This document shows, one piece after another, positions 39,081-48,160 of a DNA stretch of 64,000 nucleotides. Source of the stretch: a virus. The stretch lies in the IMG/VR virus record IMGVR_UViG_3300014137_000003; one strand, 5' to 3'. The number at the start of each line of letters is the position of its first letter. Position 1 is the stretch's first letter. Below the pieces are notes generated by a model. The model had not been told where the DNA came from and did not search any database. It saw nothing but the letters and a program-made list of their open reading frames with translations. Position numbers and translations under genes: made by a program.

Positions 39081-39229
39081 GATGGCGTATTTCAAAGTCA
39101 AAATCCTGAAGAAGCATTAATTGCAGCCCGTAGGGATGTAGCCATAGCGTGTGGGGTACCTCCAGAAGAACTAGATAAACTTGAAGATGATGAATCTAAG
39201 TAGAAGAAAATAAATGAAGGTATTAAATT

Positions 39230-39823
39230 ATGAGTAAACAGTATTTAATTGTTAGTGAGCAGGTAGGTAGTTTCCTAGAGAATAAGTCCTACAAAACTCC
39301 TCGTGAAAAGGTTGCCTTTATGGCATCCATATATGAGGCTGAGAGGCGTGCTGAAGACCCTCTCGTTCTGAGCGATGGGGATTACGATATTATTATGCGT
39401 ATCCTAAACGGTGAGGAGTTCGTAGTTGATACAGGTAAATTTTATATCAATGTAGGAGCACCTATTAATCGTGAGGAGTTCTTGTGTACGGTAGAGGTTA
39501 CTTATGATGCTGAAGGTAACCGTCTAATTGAGTGGGGCTTAGATACTCTCGATAATGCCTTCCTCTTTAGGGAACAGGATTGGGAAACTCTTGTACCTGA
39601 AGGGTATCGTAGTGATATCTTTAAGGTTATGGAACGTCTTGCTTATTTGAGGAAGGAAGAGAAGGAAGAAAGTTTCTCTCCATTTAATCCTCCTGTTGTA
39701 GAAGAAGCAGACAATGAAGTAATTTCGTATGAGGAAGGCACTTCAGACGAAGATAGCAGTGAGAACACTCATCTTAGTGAGGAAGGAACTACCTCTCTTT
39801 TAAACCAGGAAATAATCCTTTAA
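39230..39823 (+). CDS. acidic hypothetical protein
   Basis: ORF track. Confidence 0.55.
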   Translation: MSKQYLIVSEQVGSFLENKSYKTPREKVAFMASIYEAERRAEDPLVLSDGDYDIIMRILNGEEFVVDTGKFYINVGAPINREEFLCTVEVTYDAEGNRLIEWGLDTLDNAFLFREQDWETLVPEGYRSDIFKVMERLAYLRKEEKEESFSPFNPPVVEEADNEVISYEEGTSDEDSSENTHLSEEGTTSLLNQEIIL

Positions 39824-40002
39824 CCTCGGTCTAGGGGTATGGATTTACCTAAGTGAACTTTTGGTAGTAATTAGCGTGGGTTAAGTGTATATAGCAGCTT
39901 TGTTAGGGTATGTACTTAACTATTTTAGAATATTGTATATTTTATTAGGGTATCTTACTTGGGCACCTTAAGCAATAATTAAAAGAATAAAGAGGAAAAA
40001 TA

Positions 40003-40965
40003 ATGAATAAAGTTAAGTTATTTTCAGGCGTAGTTTTGGCAACAACAGTTGCTAGTTTGGTGGGTAGTGTAGCATCTGCTGATATTCAGACAGATACAAT
40101 CAATGAGAAGTGGGGCAAACCTACTTTGGTTTACGGTAGTGACCTTACTGATGCACAGGTTGCAGAGACTAACAACGCTTTCGGTATCAAGAATATCGAT
40201 AACGTAAACCGTCAAATCACAACTTCGGACGACTTTAACAAATGGATGGGAACTACTGGTGAAACTCCAGCCCTTATTTCTTCAGCTTTGGTACAAAAGG
40301 CTGATAAAGGTAATGGTGTAAAAGTAAATATTAAAACTCCACAAAATATTACCAAAGTGACTACCTTGCAGTATCAAAATGCAGCTATTACGGCAGGAGC
40401 TAGTGATGTAAATATTGATATTGCTAGCCCTATTTCCGTAACAGGTGAATCCGCCTTAGTAGGGGTATCTAAAGCCTTAGAGGCAAATGGTCAGAAAGTA
40501 GATCCAAAACGTGCAGAAGTCGCTAACCAAGAGTTGTCTACTACTGCAAATATTGCTGACCAGAACAAAGATAACAAAAAATTCGACCCAGCAGCTCTTG
40601 ATTTGGCTTTAGCTCAAATTAAGACTGATTTGGCTGACTATAAAAACTCAAATGGTAAAACTGCAGACAACGCTAAAATTGAAGAAATCGTTAACAAGGC
40701 TTTGAAAGACAATGGTCTTGACCAAATCATTTCTGCTGACCAAGTTCAACAGCTTGTATCATTTGCTAATGCTTATCAAAATACTTCTGCCATTGACTCT
40801 AAAGAAGTGAAAAACCAGCTTGATAGTTTTGCAAAAAATGCTTACAATTCTTTGTCTGATAGCTACAAGAAAGTAATTGACGGTGATGGTGGTGGAATCC
40901 TTGATGGATTTGTATCATTCTTTAAGGGATTGTTTAATGGTATTGCTGATTTGTTTAAAAATTAA
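40003..40965 (+). CDS. secreted DUF1002-like extracellular protein
   Basis: Signal peptide ..LVGSVASA; INEKWGKPTLVYGSDLTDAQVAETNNAFGI resembles the DUF1002 start; codon usage differs from neighbours. Confidence 0.45.
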   Translation: MNKVKLFSGVVLATTVASLVGSVASADIQTDTINEKWGKPTLVYGSDLTDAQVAETNNAFGIKNIDNVNRQITTSDDFNKWMGTTGETPALISSALVQKADKGNGVKVNIKTPQNITKVTTLQYQNAAITAGASDVNIDIASPISVTGESALVGVSKALEANGQKVDPKRAEVANQELSTTANIADQNKDNKKFDPAALDLALAQIKTDLADYKNSNGKTADNAKIEEIVNKALKDNGLDQIISADQVQQLVSFANAYQNTSAIDSKEVKNQLDSFAKNAYNSLSDSYKKVIDGDGGGILDGFVSFFKGLFNGIADLFKN

Positions 40966-40989
40966 GAAGCAATTAGGGGTAGTAGTATT

Positions 40990-41268
40990 ATGTTAGGTTT
41001 AGTAAAGGTAAATAAGCTCATGGACTTGCTATCTAAGGATATCGAGTCTCAGCTTTGTCCAGTGTATCATATCGTTAATCCTCAAACTAAAGAGGAAGAA
41101 TTCCAGTTAACTCCTAGTCATGATTGGGCACCTATGTTGATTCGTGTACGTGATGAGAGGGTTTATACGGCAGAGTCGGCTATTAGGGGTACTTTAGGAA
41201 GACTGGAAAGGCAAGGCTATTTGGTAGCATCAAGGGTGGAAGAGTTATGTCAACTAAAAGAAAATTAG
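40990..41268 (+). CDS. hypothetical protein
   Basis: ORF track. Confidence 0.5.
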   Translation: MLGLVKVNKLMDLLSKDIESQLCPVYHIVNPQTKEEEFQLTPSHDWAPMLIRVRDERVYTAESAIRGTLGRLERQGYLVASRVEELCQLKEN

Positions 41269-41696
41269 TAATAGCAGTCCTAGTAACGTTGGTTTCAGCT
41301 TTAGGGTTGTTTCTTTACAGAGCTTATTCCGCAGCAGATTACTTTATATTTGCTGAACGCAATCAAAATACCAGTGTAGTTAAGTCCTTAGAAACCTTGG
41401 AATCTCGTAAGATTATTGTTCTTTACAAAAGGCACTGTAAGGTATGTAAGGCATGGGACGAAGAGGTAACTTCAACCTTAGAGCCTTATGATGCTTCTTA
41501 CTTGGATATGGAAGACGGTATTCCAGAAAATGTTTCTACTGTCTTAAGTACTCTGCATCAGGATGTGCATACACCTCTTGTCTTAGTGGTAAGTAGGGTA
41601 GGGGGTAGCTACCTTGTACAGTATAGTCGTACAGTTGATAGTAAGGACTCTTTAGAAGACTTGAAGAATTATCTAAGAAGTAATTTCACTTCTTAG
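41247..41696 (+). CDS. membrane-anchored thioredoxin-fold protein
   Basis: N-terminal TM LVIAVLVTLVSALGLFLY; VLYKRHCKVCKAW CxxC. Confidence 0.5.
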   Translation: MSTKRKLVIAVLVTLVSALGLFLYRAYSAADYFIFAERNQNTSVVKSLETLESRKIIVLYKRHCKVCKAWDEEVTSTLEPYDASYLDMEDGIPENVSTVLSTLHQDVHTPLVLVVSRVGGSYLVQYSRTVDSKDSLEDLKNYLRSNFTS

Positions 41697-41727
41697 GTTT
41701 TTCTTATTTATAGGGGTATAAATCAGT

Positions 41728-41756
41728 TTGTAACTATCTTAAGAGTTTGGTAGAAT
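41728..41756 (+). promoter_or_regulatory. promoter, TTGTAACTAT..TTAAGAGTTTGGTA family
   Basis: TTGTAA, 17 nt, TGgTAGAAT. Confidence 0.55.
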
Positions 41757-41785
41757 ATATTTATAGAAATTGGAGGTATATATTT

Positions 41786-42238
41786 ATGGGTTATAGTATT
41801 TTCTCTCATAAAAGTGAGTTGCTTGGACGTTCTGAGTTTACCTTAGCATATCTAAAGGATATCAATAATAAACTAAGTAACTTAAATGCTGATGGATGTG
41901 TCATTCAAAATGTAGAGTATGATAATGATGGTCGTTTTCTAATTCAGTATTTAACCCGTGACTCTGCAGAAGTTCTTAAAACAGTTGCGGAACATGAAGA
42001 AAAGGAACAAGCAATCATTAATTCTTTGGTTCGAGATTGCTCTAAAGCTTTGACTAATACTGTTTCTGAAGATGTTTATTGCAAAGTAGTAAACTATGGC
42101 AGTGGAGAAGTTTCAAAAGAGCTTTCTTCTAGCTTTTTCAAACGTTGGTATCGAGATATCCAAAGCATTAGCCGTGCTGACGGGTGCTTTGAGGTAGAGT
42201 TGGAGAATGGTGAAAAGTACGCTCTATCACGTTTGTAG
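41786..42238 (+). CDS. hypothetical protein
   Basis: ATG 41786 after GGAGG; the ORF-track TTG 41747 lies inside the promoter. Confidence 0.55.
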   Translation: MGYSIFSHKSELLGRSEFTLAYLKDINNKLSNLNADGCVIQNVEYDNDGRFLIQYLTRDSAEVLKTVAEHEEKEQAIINSLVRDCSKALTNTVSEDVYCKVVNYGSGEVSKELSSSFFKRWYRDIQSISRADGCFEVELENGEKYALSRL

Positions 42239-42294
42239 TCTTAAGATATTATTTTAGGTAAGACCATTTATATTTTAATATGTGGTTAGTTTCG

Positions 42295-42384
42295 TTCACC
42301 GTAGCTCTTTTTAGGGTGAATTGGTGCTCTTTGCTCCTATTTAGGGGTTTAGGGCTTATGCAGGTTCGAGTCCCGTCGGTGGCG
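42295..42384 (+). ncRNA. tRNA-like element with non-canonical centre (possible degenerate class II tRNA)
   Basis: T arm GCAGG-TTCGAGT-CCCGT (one A.C mismatch); acceptor TTCACCG/CGGTGGC (6 of 7 bp); I could not fold a canonical D or anticodon arm. Confidence 0.25.
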
Positions 42385-42568
42385 TAGACTGTTAGGGTTT
42401 TACGGTCTTTAGGTCTTAGGGGGTAACCCGTTATAGTTTACCTTTTTCATATTGTTCCATAATAGACGAATATTTTGCCACTCTAAGACGGCTTTTCCTT
42501 GCTAGGTTTGAGGGGGTTGGATTCCCTCTAAGAGCTTTATAAATTTTTAAATAAAGGTGTTTGGTTTT

Positions 42569-42811
42569 ATGATCCGTGGTAGTTATGCGTGTGTAAAGTA
42601 CGCAAGAAATGTATCAAAAAGTAATTTCACTGCATTAGATTTAGTTCAGGAATGTAATGACAATTCTCTATGGGGTATCTCTTTAGAGGATTTATACTTG
42701 CAAACTGGTATCCTAGTTCCAAGGCTTAAGAAGTTTTTCAACTACTTGGCTATACCTAATGAGAAAGAGTTCTCATCTTTGCTTTCTGTTCGTAATCGTT
42801 ATGTTAGCTAA
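42569..42811 (+). CDS. hypothetical protein
   Basis: ATG 42569 (GTG 42557 alternative). Confidence 0.45.
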   Translation: MIRGSYACVKYARNVSKSNFTALDLVQECNDNSLWGISLEDLYLQTGILVPRLKKFFNYLAIPNEKEFSSLLSVRNRYVS

Positions 42812-42856
42812 TCTATTGGTTATTAGGTTAGCTTTAATTGTATATAGGAGTTTTAA

Positions 42857-43522
42857 ATGCATAAAGAAAAGAAAATCCAGTACTCAAATTATAAGTATAG
42901 AGCTTATAAAAAGTTGAATAAGTTGTTCCTAGATAAACTTAAACAGCTTGGTATTACAGGGACTGAATCTGTTCTTCTAGATTTCCAGATAGAGTACTAT
43001 ATACCCAGTAATAGATATCGTGTTGTAGTATTTTATGGAGAAAGGGGTATTATTTGTACAATACCTTATACGGACTCCGATGAATATACAATTAGTATAG
43101 AAATAGGTAGAGGGGGATGTTGTTATGTAGGAAATAACTTCTCTAATAAAATGGAATCTTATCTAAAGGAGTTAATCAAATATAAGTTGCCAGATACTGT
43201 TGAGATTGTTAGGTTTTATGCAAATAACAATCAGATTTCTTATAGTTATATGACTAGGAGCTATATAGAACTTGAAAGAGGTAGGTCGGGGTATCCAGAA
43301 AAAGATAAGCCGAAACACTTAAAGCACGATTTTTCTAGTAAAATGGTCTCTTACCTAAAACAGCTACTAAAATATAAACTGCAAGAAAATGTTGAATATT
43401 TCTATTTTTATGCAGATTATTTTCGTATTGACTATAATAGTAAAGATAAAAACTGTGAGATTATTGAAAATGCTAGGTCAGGTCAACCAGAGAAAGGTGG
43501 GTTTAGCTTTTATATGGGGTAG
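42857..43522 (+). CDS. KPY/YKxEAY-family paralog 1 (internally duplicated C-terminal half)
   Basis: YSNYKYRAYKKLNKL N-terminal motif; KMESYLKELIKYKLPDTVE.. repeated as KMVSYLKQLLKYKLQENVE.. Confidence 0.55.
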   Translation: MHKEKKIQYSNYKYRAYKKLNKLFLDKLKQLGITGTESVLLDFQIEYYIPSNRYRVVVFYGERGIICTIPYTDSDEYTISIEIGRGGCCYVGNNFSNKMESYLKELIKYKLPDTVEIVRFYANNNQISYSYMTRSYIELERGRSGYPEKDKPKHLKHDFSSKMVSYLKQLLKYKLQENVEYFYFYADYFRIDYNSKDKNCEIIENARSGQPEKGGFSFYMG

Positions 43523-43534
43523 AAAGGTGTTCAG

Positions 43535-44005
43535 ATGAGTAATGTAAGGAAAATAAAATATTCAGATTATAAGTACGAAGCTTACAAACGTTTGAATAAG
43601 TTGGTTTTAGAACAGATGGAAGAAATTGTCACATCTAGGCTTCCAAAGGGGTATGTTGTAACGAGCCCTAATAATTTAGAATTTCAAATTCAGTATGATG
43701 TACCAGAAAATAGATATCGTATTGAAGGGTTCTATGAAAGATATCCAATTTGTTCACTATTTTGTATTGATGAACCTAGTTCATTCCATGCAGTAATGAA
43801 GTTTCCTAACTATCCTAAAGTAGGTGACGACTTCTTTGAGAAGATATTATCCCCTATAAAGAAGTTAATGAATTATAGCTTACAAGAGAATGTTGCATCT
43901 GTTAAGCTCTATGTAGATGACAGTCAGATTTATTATAGTCGCCTAAATAGTAGGGGTAGAGTTATAGAGTCAGGTAACTCAGGCTATTATAAGAGGGGTA
44001 ACTAA
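43535..44005 (+). CDS. KPY/YKxEAY-family paralog 2
   Basis: YSDYKYEAYKRLNKL; C-terminal half aligns with paralog 1. Confidence 0.55.
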   Translation: MSNVRKIKYSDYKYEAYKRLNKLVLEQMEEIVTSRLPKGYVVTSPNNLEFQIQYDVPENRYRIEGFYERYPICSLFCIDEPSSFHAVMKFPNYPKVGDDFFEKILSPIKKLMNYSLQENVASVKLYVDDSQIYYSRLNSRGRVIESGNSGYYKRGN

Positions 44006-44934
44006 TGCCATATAATGGGAAAATTACAAAAAGTATTTTAAGACCTTACTATCACAAGGCACTTGAGTACAAAGTTATTAAGGGTATCGCCCTTAAAGTT
44101 CTAGAAGAAAGTGACTTTTTTGATAAGACTGGTTTATCACCTGACAAGATTAGAATTTCTTTTGGTGACGATGGCACTTTTCCTAAATGGGAGACTCCAG
44201 TATTTGTTAATGGAGTTTGCGTATTTAGATTTAATGGACCTAGTATTGAAAGTTCAGGGCAATATAAGTTCCGTAGATGTCTTACAGACGAGGAGTTCTA
44301 TAAGTTTAGCGATAACTTAAAATTCCTTTTCATGGGTTCTAACACTAACACAATCCCTAAAGAGTTAGGTGGGGTGGTTAGTTATTGGGAAGTCACGGAA
44401 AGCTACTGTGAGTTTGTCGTTGAGGAGACTAGGTTCTTAAACAAAGATTGGGGTACTGAATTCCCCAACGTTTACGAGAAAGAACTTCCAAAGTATAAAA
44501 AGGAAGCTTTTGGGAAAATTGAAAAGGTAGTTAATGGTTTAATTACTAAGGCAGGTTTCACTCCTAGTAATAATCCTTACTATATGAACGGTAAGTTTAA
44601 GACGATTTTACGATATACCGACCCCAGCAATCAAAACAATAGTGGAAGTACTCGTAGTTTTGTTGTTTCTCTTGGGGTTGAGCAGTGCCTTGTCGTAAAT
44701 GGTAGGAGTGTCTATTGTGTAAATGGTTTTAAGTGCAACTTATCTGAGAAAGAGTACCGTACAATCTACAAGAACATAGAAATTCTACATAGGTTTGCAG
44801 GAGAGAAGGGTACTACAATAGAGTCCAAGATAGGTAAAATCACTAATTACTATCTTAGCAGTGATAAGACTAAGTTTACTGGTACTTTTGGTCATTACTT
44901 GGAGAGAGGCAGAGAGTACAAAGAAGTTAAATAG
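44005..44934 (+). CDS. KPY/YKxEAY-family paralog 3 (two modules)
   Basis: LRPYYHKALEYKVIKG and a second ELPKYKKEAFGKIEKV module. Confidence 0.5.
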   Translation: MPYNGKITKSILRPYYHKALEYKVIKGIALKVLEESDFFDKTGLSPDKIRISFGDDGTFPKWETPVFVNGVCVFRFNGPSIESSGQYKFRRCLTDEEFYKFSDNLKFLFMGSNTNTIPKELGGVVSYWEVTESYCEFVVEETRFLNKDWGTEFPNVYEKELPKYKKEAFGKIEKVVNGLITKAGFTPSNNPYYMNGKFKTILRYTDPSNQNNSGSTRSFVVSLGVEQCLVVNGRSVYCVNGFKCNLSEKEYRTIYKNIEILHRFAGEKGTTIESKIGKITNYYLSSDKTKFTGTFGHYLERGREYKEVK

Positions 44935-44944
44935 GGGGTATCTA

Positions 44945-45472
44945 ATGACAAAAACAACTATTAAACCTTATCACTCTTACAAAAGAGAGGCTTATCAAGA
45001 GTTAGTTCGGTTCTTAACACCTCTCCTTGAAAGGGTTTCTCCTTTATACGAGTCTGTTAAGTTGGTAAATGGGGGAGAGTATAGTCTTAGGTTTAGCTTA
45101 ACAACCAAGTTTCAAAAAGATTTCTCACCTAGGCTCTTGAATGTTACTATAACAGGTTCCAGACGCTCTGCCCAGCTGCTTCAGATTTTATTAGATTCTG
45201 AGGAATGGGTTGTATTAGTAAACTCAGGAAACGGTCAAAGACCTAATAAGGTTAAACTAACTGCGTCAGAGTTCTCGTTTATACTTAAGAGGTTCTACGA
45301 GTTGGCTAGAGTGGGAGAAGTAATCCCTAAGACTTTGCATAGCTTTGTAGCTAACTGTTATTCTTCTCAGGTATCTTACTTTAATAGCGATACTACATTA
45401 TCCGTGGTAGCTTATGCGAGTGAAGGGGACTTAGCCTACTACGGGGGTATCAGCCCTTATGTCTTAAAATAG
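44945..45472 (+). CDS. KPY/YKxEAY-family paralog 4
   Basis: ATG 44945 after GGGGTAT; IKPYHSYKREAYQELV. Confidence 0.55.
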   Translation: MTKTTIKPYHSYKREAYQELVRFLTPLLERVSPLYESVKLVNGGEYSLRFSLTTKFQKDFSPRLLNVTITGSRRSAQLLQILLDSEEWVVLVNSGNGQRPNKVKLTASEFSFILKRFYELARVGEVIPKTLHSFVANCYSSQVSYFNSDTTLSVVAYASEGDLAYYGGISPYVLK

Positions 45473-45505
45473 GGGGTTGGTAGTTTATAAAGAAAGGAGC
45501 AAATA

Positions 45506-45616
45506 GTGGAAAATTTAAAGCAACGATTTGAATCAGAGGCGTTCAAAGATGATTTTAAATTCTATACAATTTTTATCGTAGTTGCAACAATCTTAGTCCC
45601 TTGCCATTATCTATAG
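45506..45616 (+). CDS. small hydrophobic peptide (36 aa)
   Basis: GTG 45506 after AAAGGAG; ..FYTIFIVVATILVPC.. Confidence 0.3.
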   Translation: MENLKQRFESEAFKDDFKFYTIFIVVATILVPCHYL

Positions 45617-45664
45617 TGGGTATCTAACTGATTTGTTGCATTCAGTTTCAGGAGAAACTACAGT

Positions 45665-45811
45665 ATGGAAGTAGATGATGATTTGACTGTTAAGGAGATA
45701 TTTATGAAAGAGAACAACCTCGGATTTAAACTTGCAATGACAGCTTGGGTATCAGTAAGCGTTCTGATGACTTTAGGATTTATTGTAAACATTGTGTTTG
45801 CAATTAGGTAA
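45665..45811 (+). CDS. small membrane peptide (48 aa; ATG 45704 alternative)
   Basis: AAGGAG before ATG 45704; ..LAMTAWVSVSVLMTLGFIVNIVFAIR. Confidence 0.35.
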   Translation: MEVDDDLTVKEIFMKENNLGFKLAMTAWVSVSVLMTLGFIVNIVFAIR

Positions 45812-45820
45812 GGAGCTTAA

Positions 45821-45943
45821 ATGACTGAATATAATAAGTTAGCGAAAGAATGTTTGAATAAGTACCCAAATCGAAAAATTAACGTATTTATGAATCCCAA
45901 CATAGTTGGGAGTGTGAATTGGCTTGGGATATTTGATGATTAG
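45821..45943 (+). CDS. small ORF (40 aa)
   Basis: ATG 45821 after AAGGAG. Confidence 0.3.
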   Translation: MTEYNKLAKECLNKYPNRKINVFMNPNIVGSVNWLGIFDD

Positions 45944-45960
45944 GATTAGAAAGGATTTAT

Positions 45961-46407
45961 ATGTCAACTAAAACAAAACCGTACTTCAAGTACAAACAAC
46001 AAGCCGTTCAAAGTATTTTAGATTTAGCGTGGAAACTTCTAACAGAGGCGAATGTTCCAAAACAATATCCAAACATTGTTAGGGAAGAACTGGAAGTGTA
46101 CCATGAGAGAGGTGAAATGAATGCTGATGAACTTGAAATTAGCTGGCGTGGTCATACGTTATTGGTTATCAGTACTGCTTCAGGTGAAGTGAAGTCGTCA
46201 AGTAACTTGAATATTCGTAATACAATCACCAAAGAAGAGTGGCTTATCTTATTCAAAGCTGAAAAAGATATTTTCAGATACGGTGAAGGCATAAGTATTG
46301 CTTGGTACTTCAAGTGTGCCGTTGAAGAATGGTATGGAAATGAAAATGAATTAGCTTTCAGAGCAGGCTCACGTTGGTTACGATATGCGAAAGCGAAGGG
46401 GATCTAA
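45961..46407 (+). CDS. KPY/YKxEAY-family paralog 5
   Basis: TKPYFKYKQQAVQSIL. Confidence 0.55.
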   Translation: MSTKTKPYFKYKQQAVQSILDLAWKLLTEANVPKQYPNIVREELEVYHERGEMNADELEISWRGHTLLVISTASGEVKSSSNLNIRNTITKEEWLILFKAEKDIFRYGEGISIAWYFKCAVEEWYGNENELAFRAGSRWLRYAKAKGI

Positions 46408-46422
46408 GTCAAATGGGTAATT

Positions 46423-46869
46423 ATGAAAGAAGAAACAAAGAAACAAGCGTCTAAAAGAGCAAACTACTGGAGATATAGATTGTATAAATTCCAAGAGCTC
46501 CACCCTGTATTAAGTAAGCGTGAAGATTCTAAAATGGAGTTCACAGACGTCTCTAAGATGCTAGCTCTAGGGGTATCTATTGAGATTGGAACTTATAATG
46601 CCATTTATTCTTGGTCAAGCGTCAAATCTAACGAGATGTATAACAAAGTAACCGTTAAACAAGAAGGGGTATCAAACCCTTACATTTTAATCTTTATCGG
46701 TGAACCTTATGAAGACCAAAGTAAGTCTTTCCTATTTGACAATAAAGACGAAGCAACTCAATGGTTACTAAAGCGTATGCATAGTTGGTGCAAAAGGAAG
46801 CCAACATTTACTGACCCTTTTACTGATGCTATGAAGATGTGTCTAGCAATGGTTCAAAATCTAGCTTGA
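46423..46869 (+). CDS. hypothetical protein, possibly a distant family member
   Basis: RANYWRYRLYKFQEL loosely matches the family N-terminal motif. Confidence 0.45.
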   Translation: MKEETKKQASKRANYWRYRLYKFQELHPVLSKREDSKMEFTDVSKMLALGVSIEIGTYNAIYSWSSVKSNEMYNKVTVKQEGVSNPYILIFIGEPYEDQSKSFLFDNKDEATQWLLKRMHSWCKRKPTFTDPFTDAMKMCLAMVQNLA

Positions 46870-46895
46870 ATTAAGTTGTTTTTAGTAGGGTAGTA

Positions 46896-46904
46896 TGTTA
46901 AAAT
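46896..46904 (+). promoter_or_regulatory. TG-extended -10 promoter
   Basis: TGtTAAAAT. Confidence 0.45.
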
Positions 46905-47001
46905 AATATTATTAGGTTAGAAAATCTTCTAACTTAAAATAACTTTTCTTCAGGTGTGCTTTAAGCACCTTGAAGTAGATTTCTTATAATGGAGGATTTC
47001 A

Positions 47002-47460
47002 ATGAAAATCAAAAGCATGTCGAAACGTATTCTTTCAACTGTAGCTTTGGGGGTATTAACTGTCTCAGCTCTCTCAGTAGTTGAATCTGTTAAAGCGGAT
47101 GTTTACTATAATCCGAGCACCTCTTATAACCGTTACGGTGTGGGTGGCGATAATAACGATTACATCGAAAACACCACAGTTGATGGTAATCACCTAAGCT
47201 ACAACACTAACTTTGAACTGTTCAACTTCAAATGGGAGTACAAACGTAGTGATGGTAGCATCGTTCGTTATTGGGAAGCTAAGAAAGACGCATCAGTTAT
47301 TCAAGATGAGTCACGATACTCTTTAAATAACATCAATCGTCGTGTTTACGACTTTGACTCTTATGGGTATCAGCTACCTGAAGGAACTGACTTCTCAGCT
47401 AAAACCTTTATCGGTGAGCAAAATGTAGATGCCCACACGGTTTATCGTTATTGGAAGTAA
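47002..47460 (+). CDS. secreted hypothetical protein
   Basis: Signal peptide ..ALSVVESVKA; own promoter and terminator. Confidence 0.55.
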   Translation: MKIKSMSKRILSTVALGVLTVSALSVVESVKADVYYNPSTSYNRYGVGGDNNDYIENTTVDGNHLSYNTNFELFNFKWEYKRSDGSIVRYWEAKKDASVIQDESRYSLNNINRRVYDFDSYGYQLPEGTDFSAKTFIGEQNVDAHTVYRYWK

Positions 47461-47503
47461 AACAAATTAGTTGTCTGTATTAACATCGAAAAGGTGTTCT
47501 TGG

Positions 47504-47531
47504 TAGTTAGGGTAGAACCTAACTATCTTTT
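47504..47531 (+). terminator. rho-independent terminator
   Basis: TAGTTAGG/CCTAACTA stem then TCTTTT. Confidence 0.55.
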
Positions 47532-47545
47532 GTGCTTTAAGGAGT

Positions 47546-47574
47546 TTGTAACTATCTTAAGACTTTGGTAAAAT
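47546..47574 (+). promoter_or_regulatory. promoter, same family as 41728
   Basis: TTGTAA, 17 nt, TGgTAAAAT; drives tRNA-Arg. Confidence 0.55.
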
Positions 47575-47641
47575 AGTTATATAAGTTAGTTCGGTAATAC
47601 TAACTTATAACTCCTTCCCTTGGGGGTATTTACCCCTTTTA

Positions 47642-47713
47642 GCACCCTTGGTCTAATGGATATGACAGAGGACTTCTAATCCTTTAATACTGGTTCGATT
47701 CCAGTAGGGTGTA
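47642..47713 (+). tRNA. tRNA-Arg (anticodon TCT)
   Basis: Cloverleaf: GCACCCT/AGGGTGT acceptor, anticodon arm GAGGA-CTTCTAA-TCCTT, T arm ACTGG-TTCGATT-CCAGT. Confidence 0.85.
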
Positions 47714-47741
47714 TAGTTATAAAACTAAGGAGAAACAATCT

Positions 47742-48134
47742 ATGAGCAATTTACAACAAGGAGTACCAAAAACAAAGAAGGGTTATCTCTTATTTTCTAG
47801 ACCAAGTGAAGACTTTGGTATGTCAGCTAGTGTACCTCTTATTTATTATGGTAGTGTAGTTTCTCAGGCGAATGGTCAACCGATTGTTGGTATGTCGAGA
47901 AGTCCAATTGTCATTAAATCTAAGAAGGCTTTAGAAGACACAATTGAACTGTTACAGGGGAGTGGTTTGCTATCTCTATATTCGTATCTTACTGTAAGTG
48001 AGGTTCTGTATCAAAGAGTTTACTTCCCAAAGGTAAATAAATTCGGTAAACCTAAAGAAATGCTAGGTGATCGATTGATTGAGGTGCTTTCTGAAACACG
48101 TTTAGACAAACCACTTCCGAATTGGAAATTTTAA
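47742..48134 (+). CDS. hypothetical protein
   Basis: ATG 47742 after AAGGAG; the ORF-track GTG 47709 overlaps the tRNA-Arg 3' end. Confidence 0.55.
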   Translation: MSNLQQGVPKTKKGYLLFSRPSEDFGMSASVPLIYYGSVVSQANGQPIVGMSRSPIVIKSKKALEDTIELLQGSGLLSLYSYLTVSEVLYQRVYFPKVNKFGKPKEMLGDRLIEVLSETRLDKPLPNWKF

Positions 48135-48160
48135 GGGTTTGTAGGATAGAGGGATAACTC

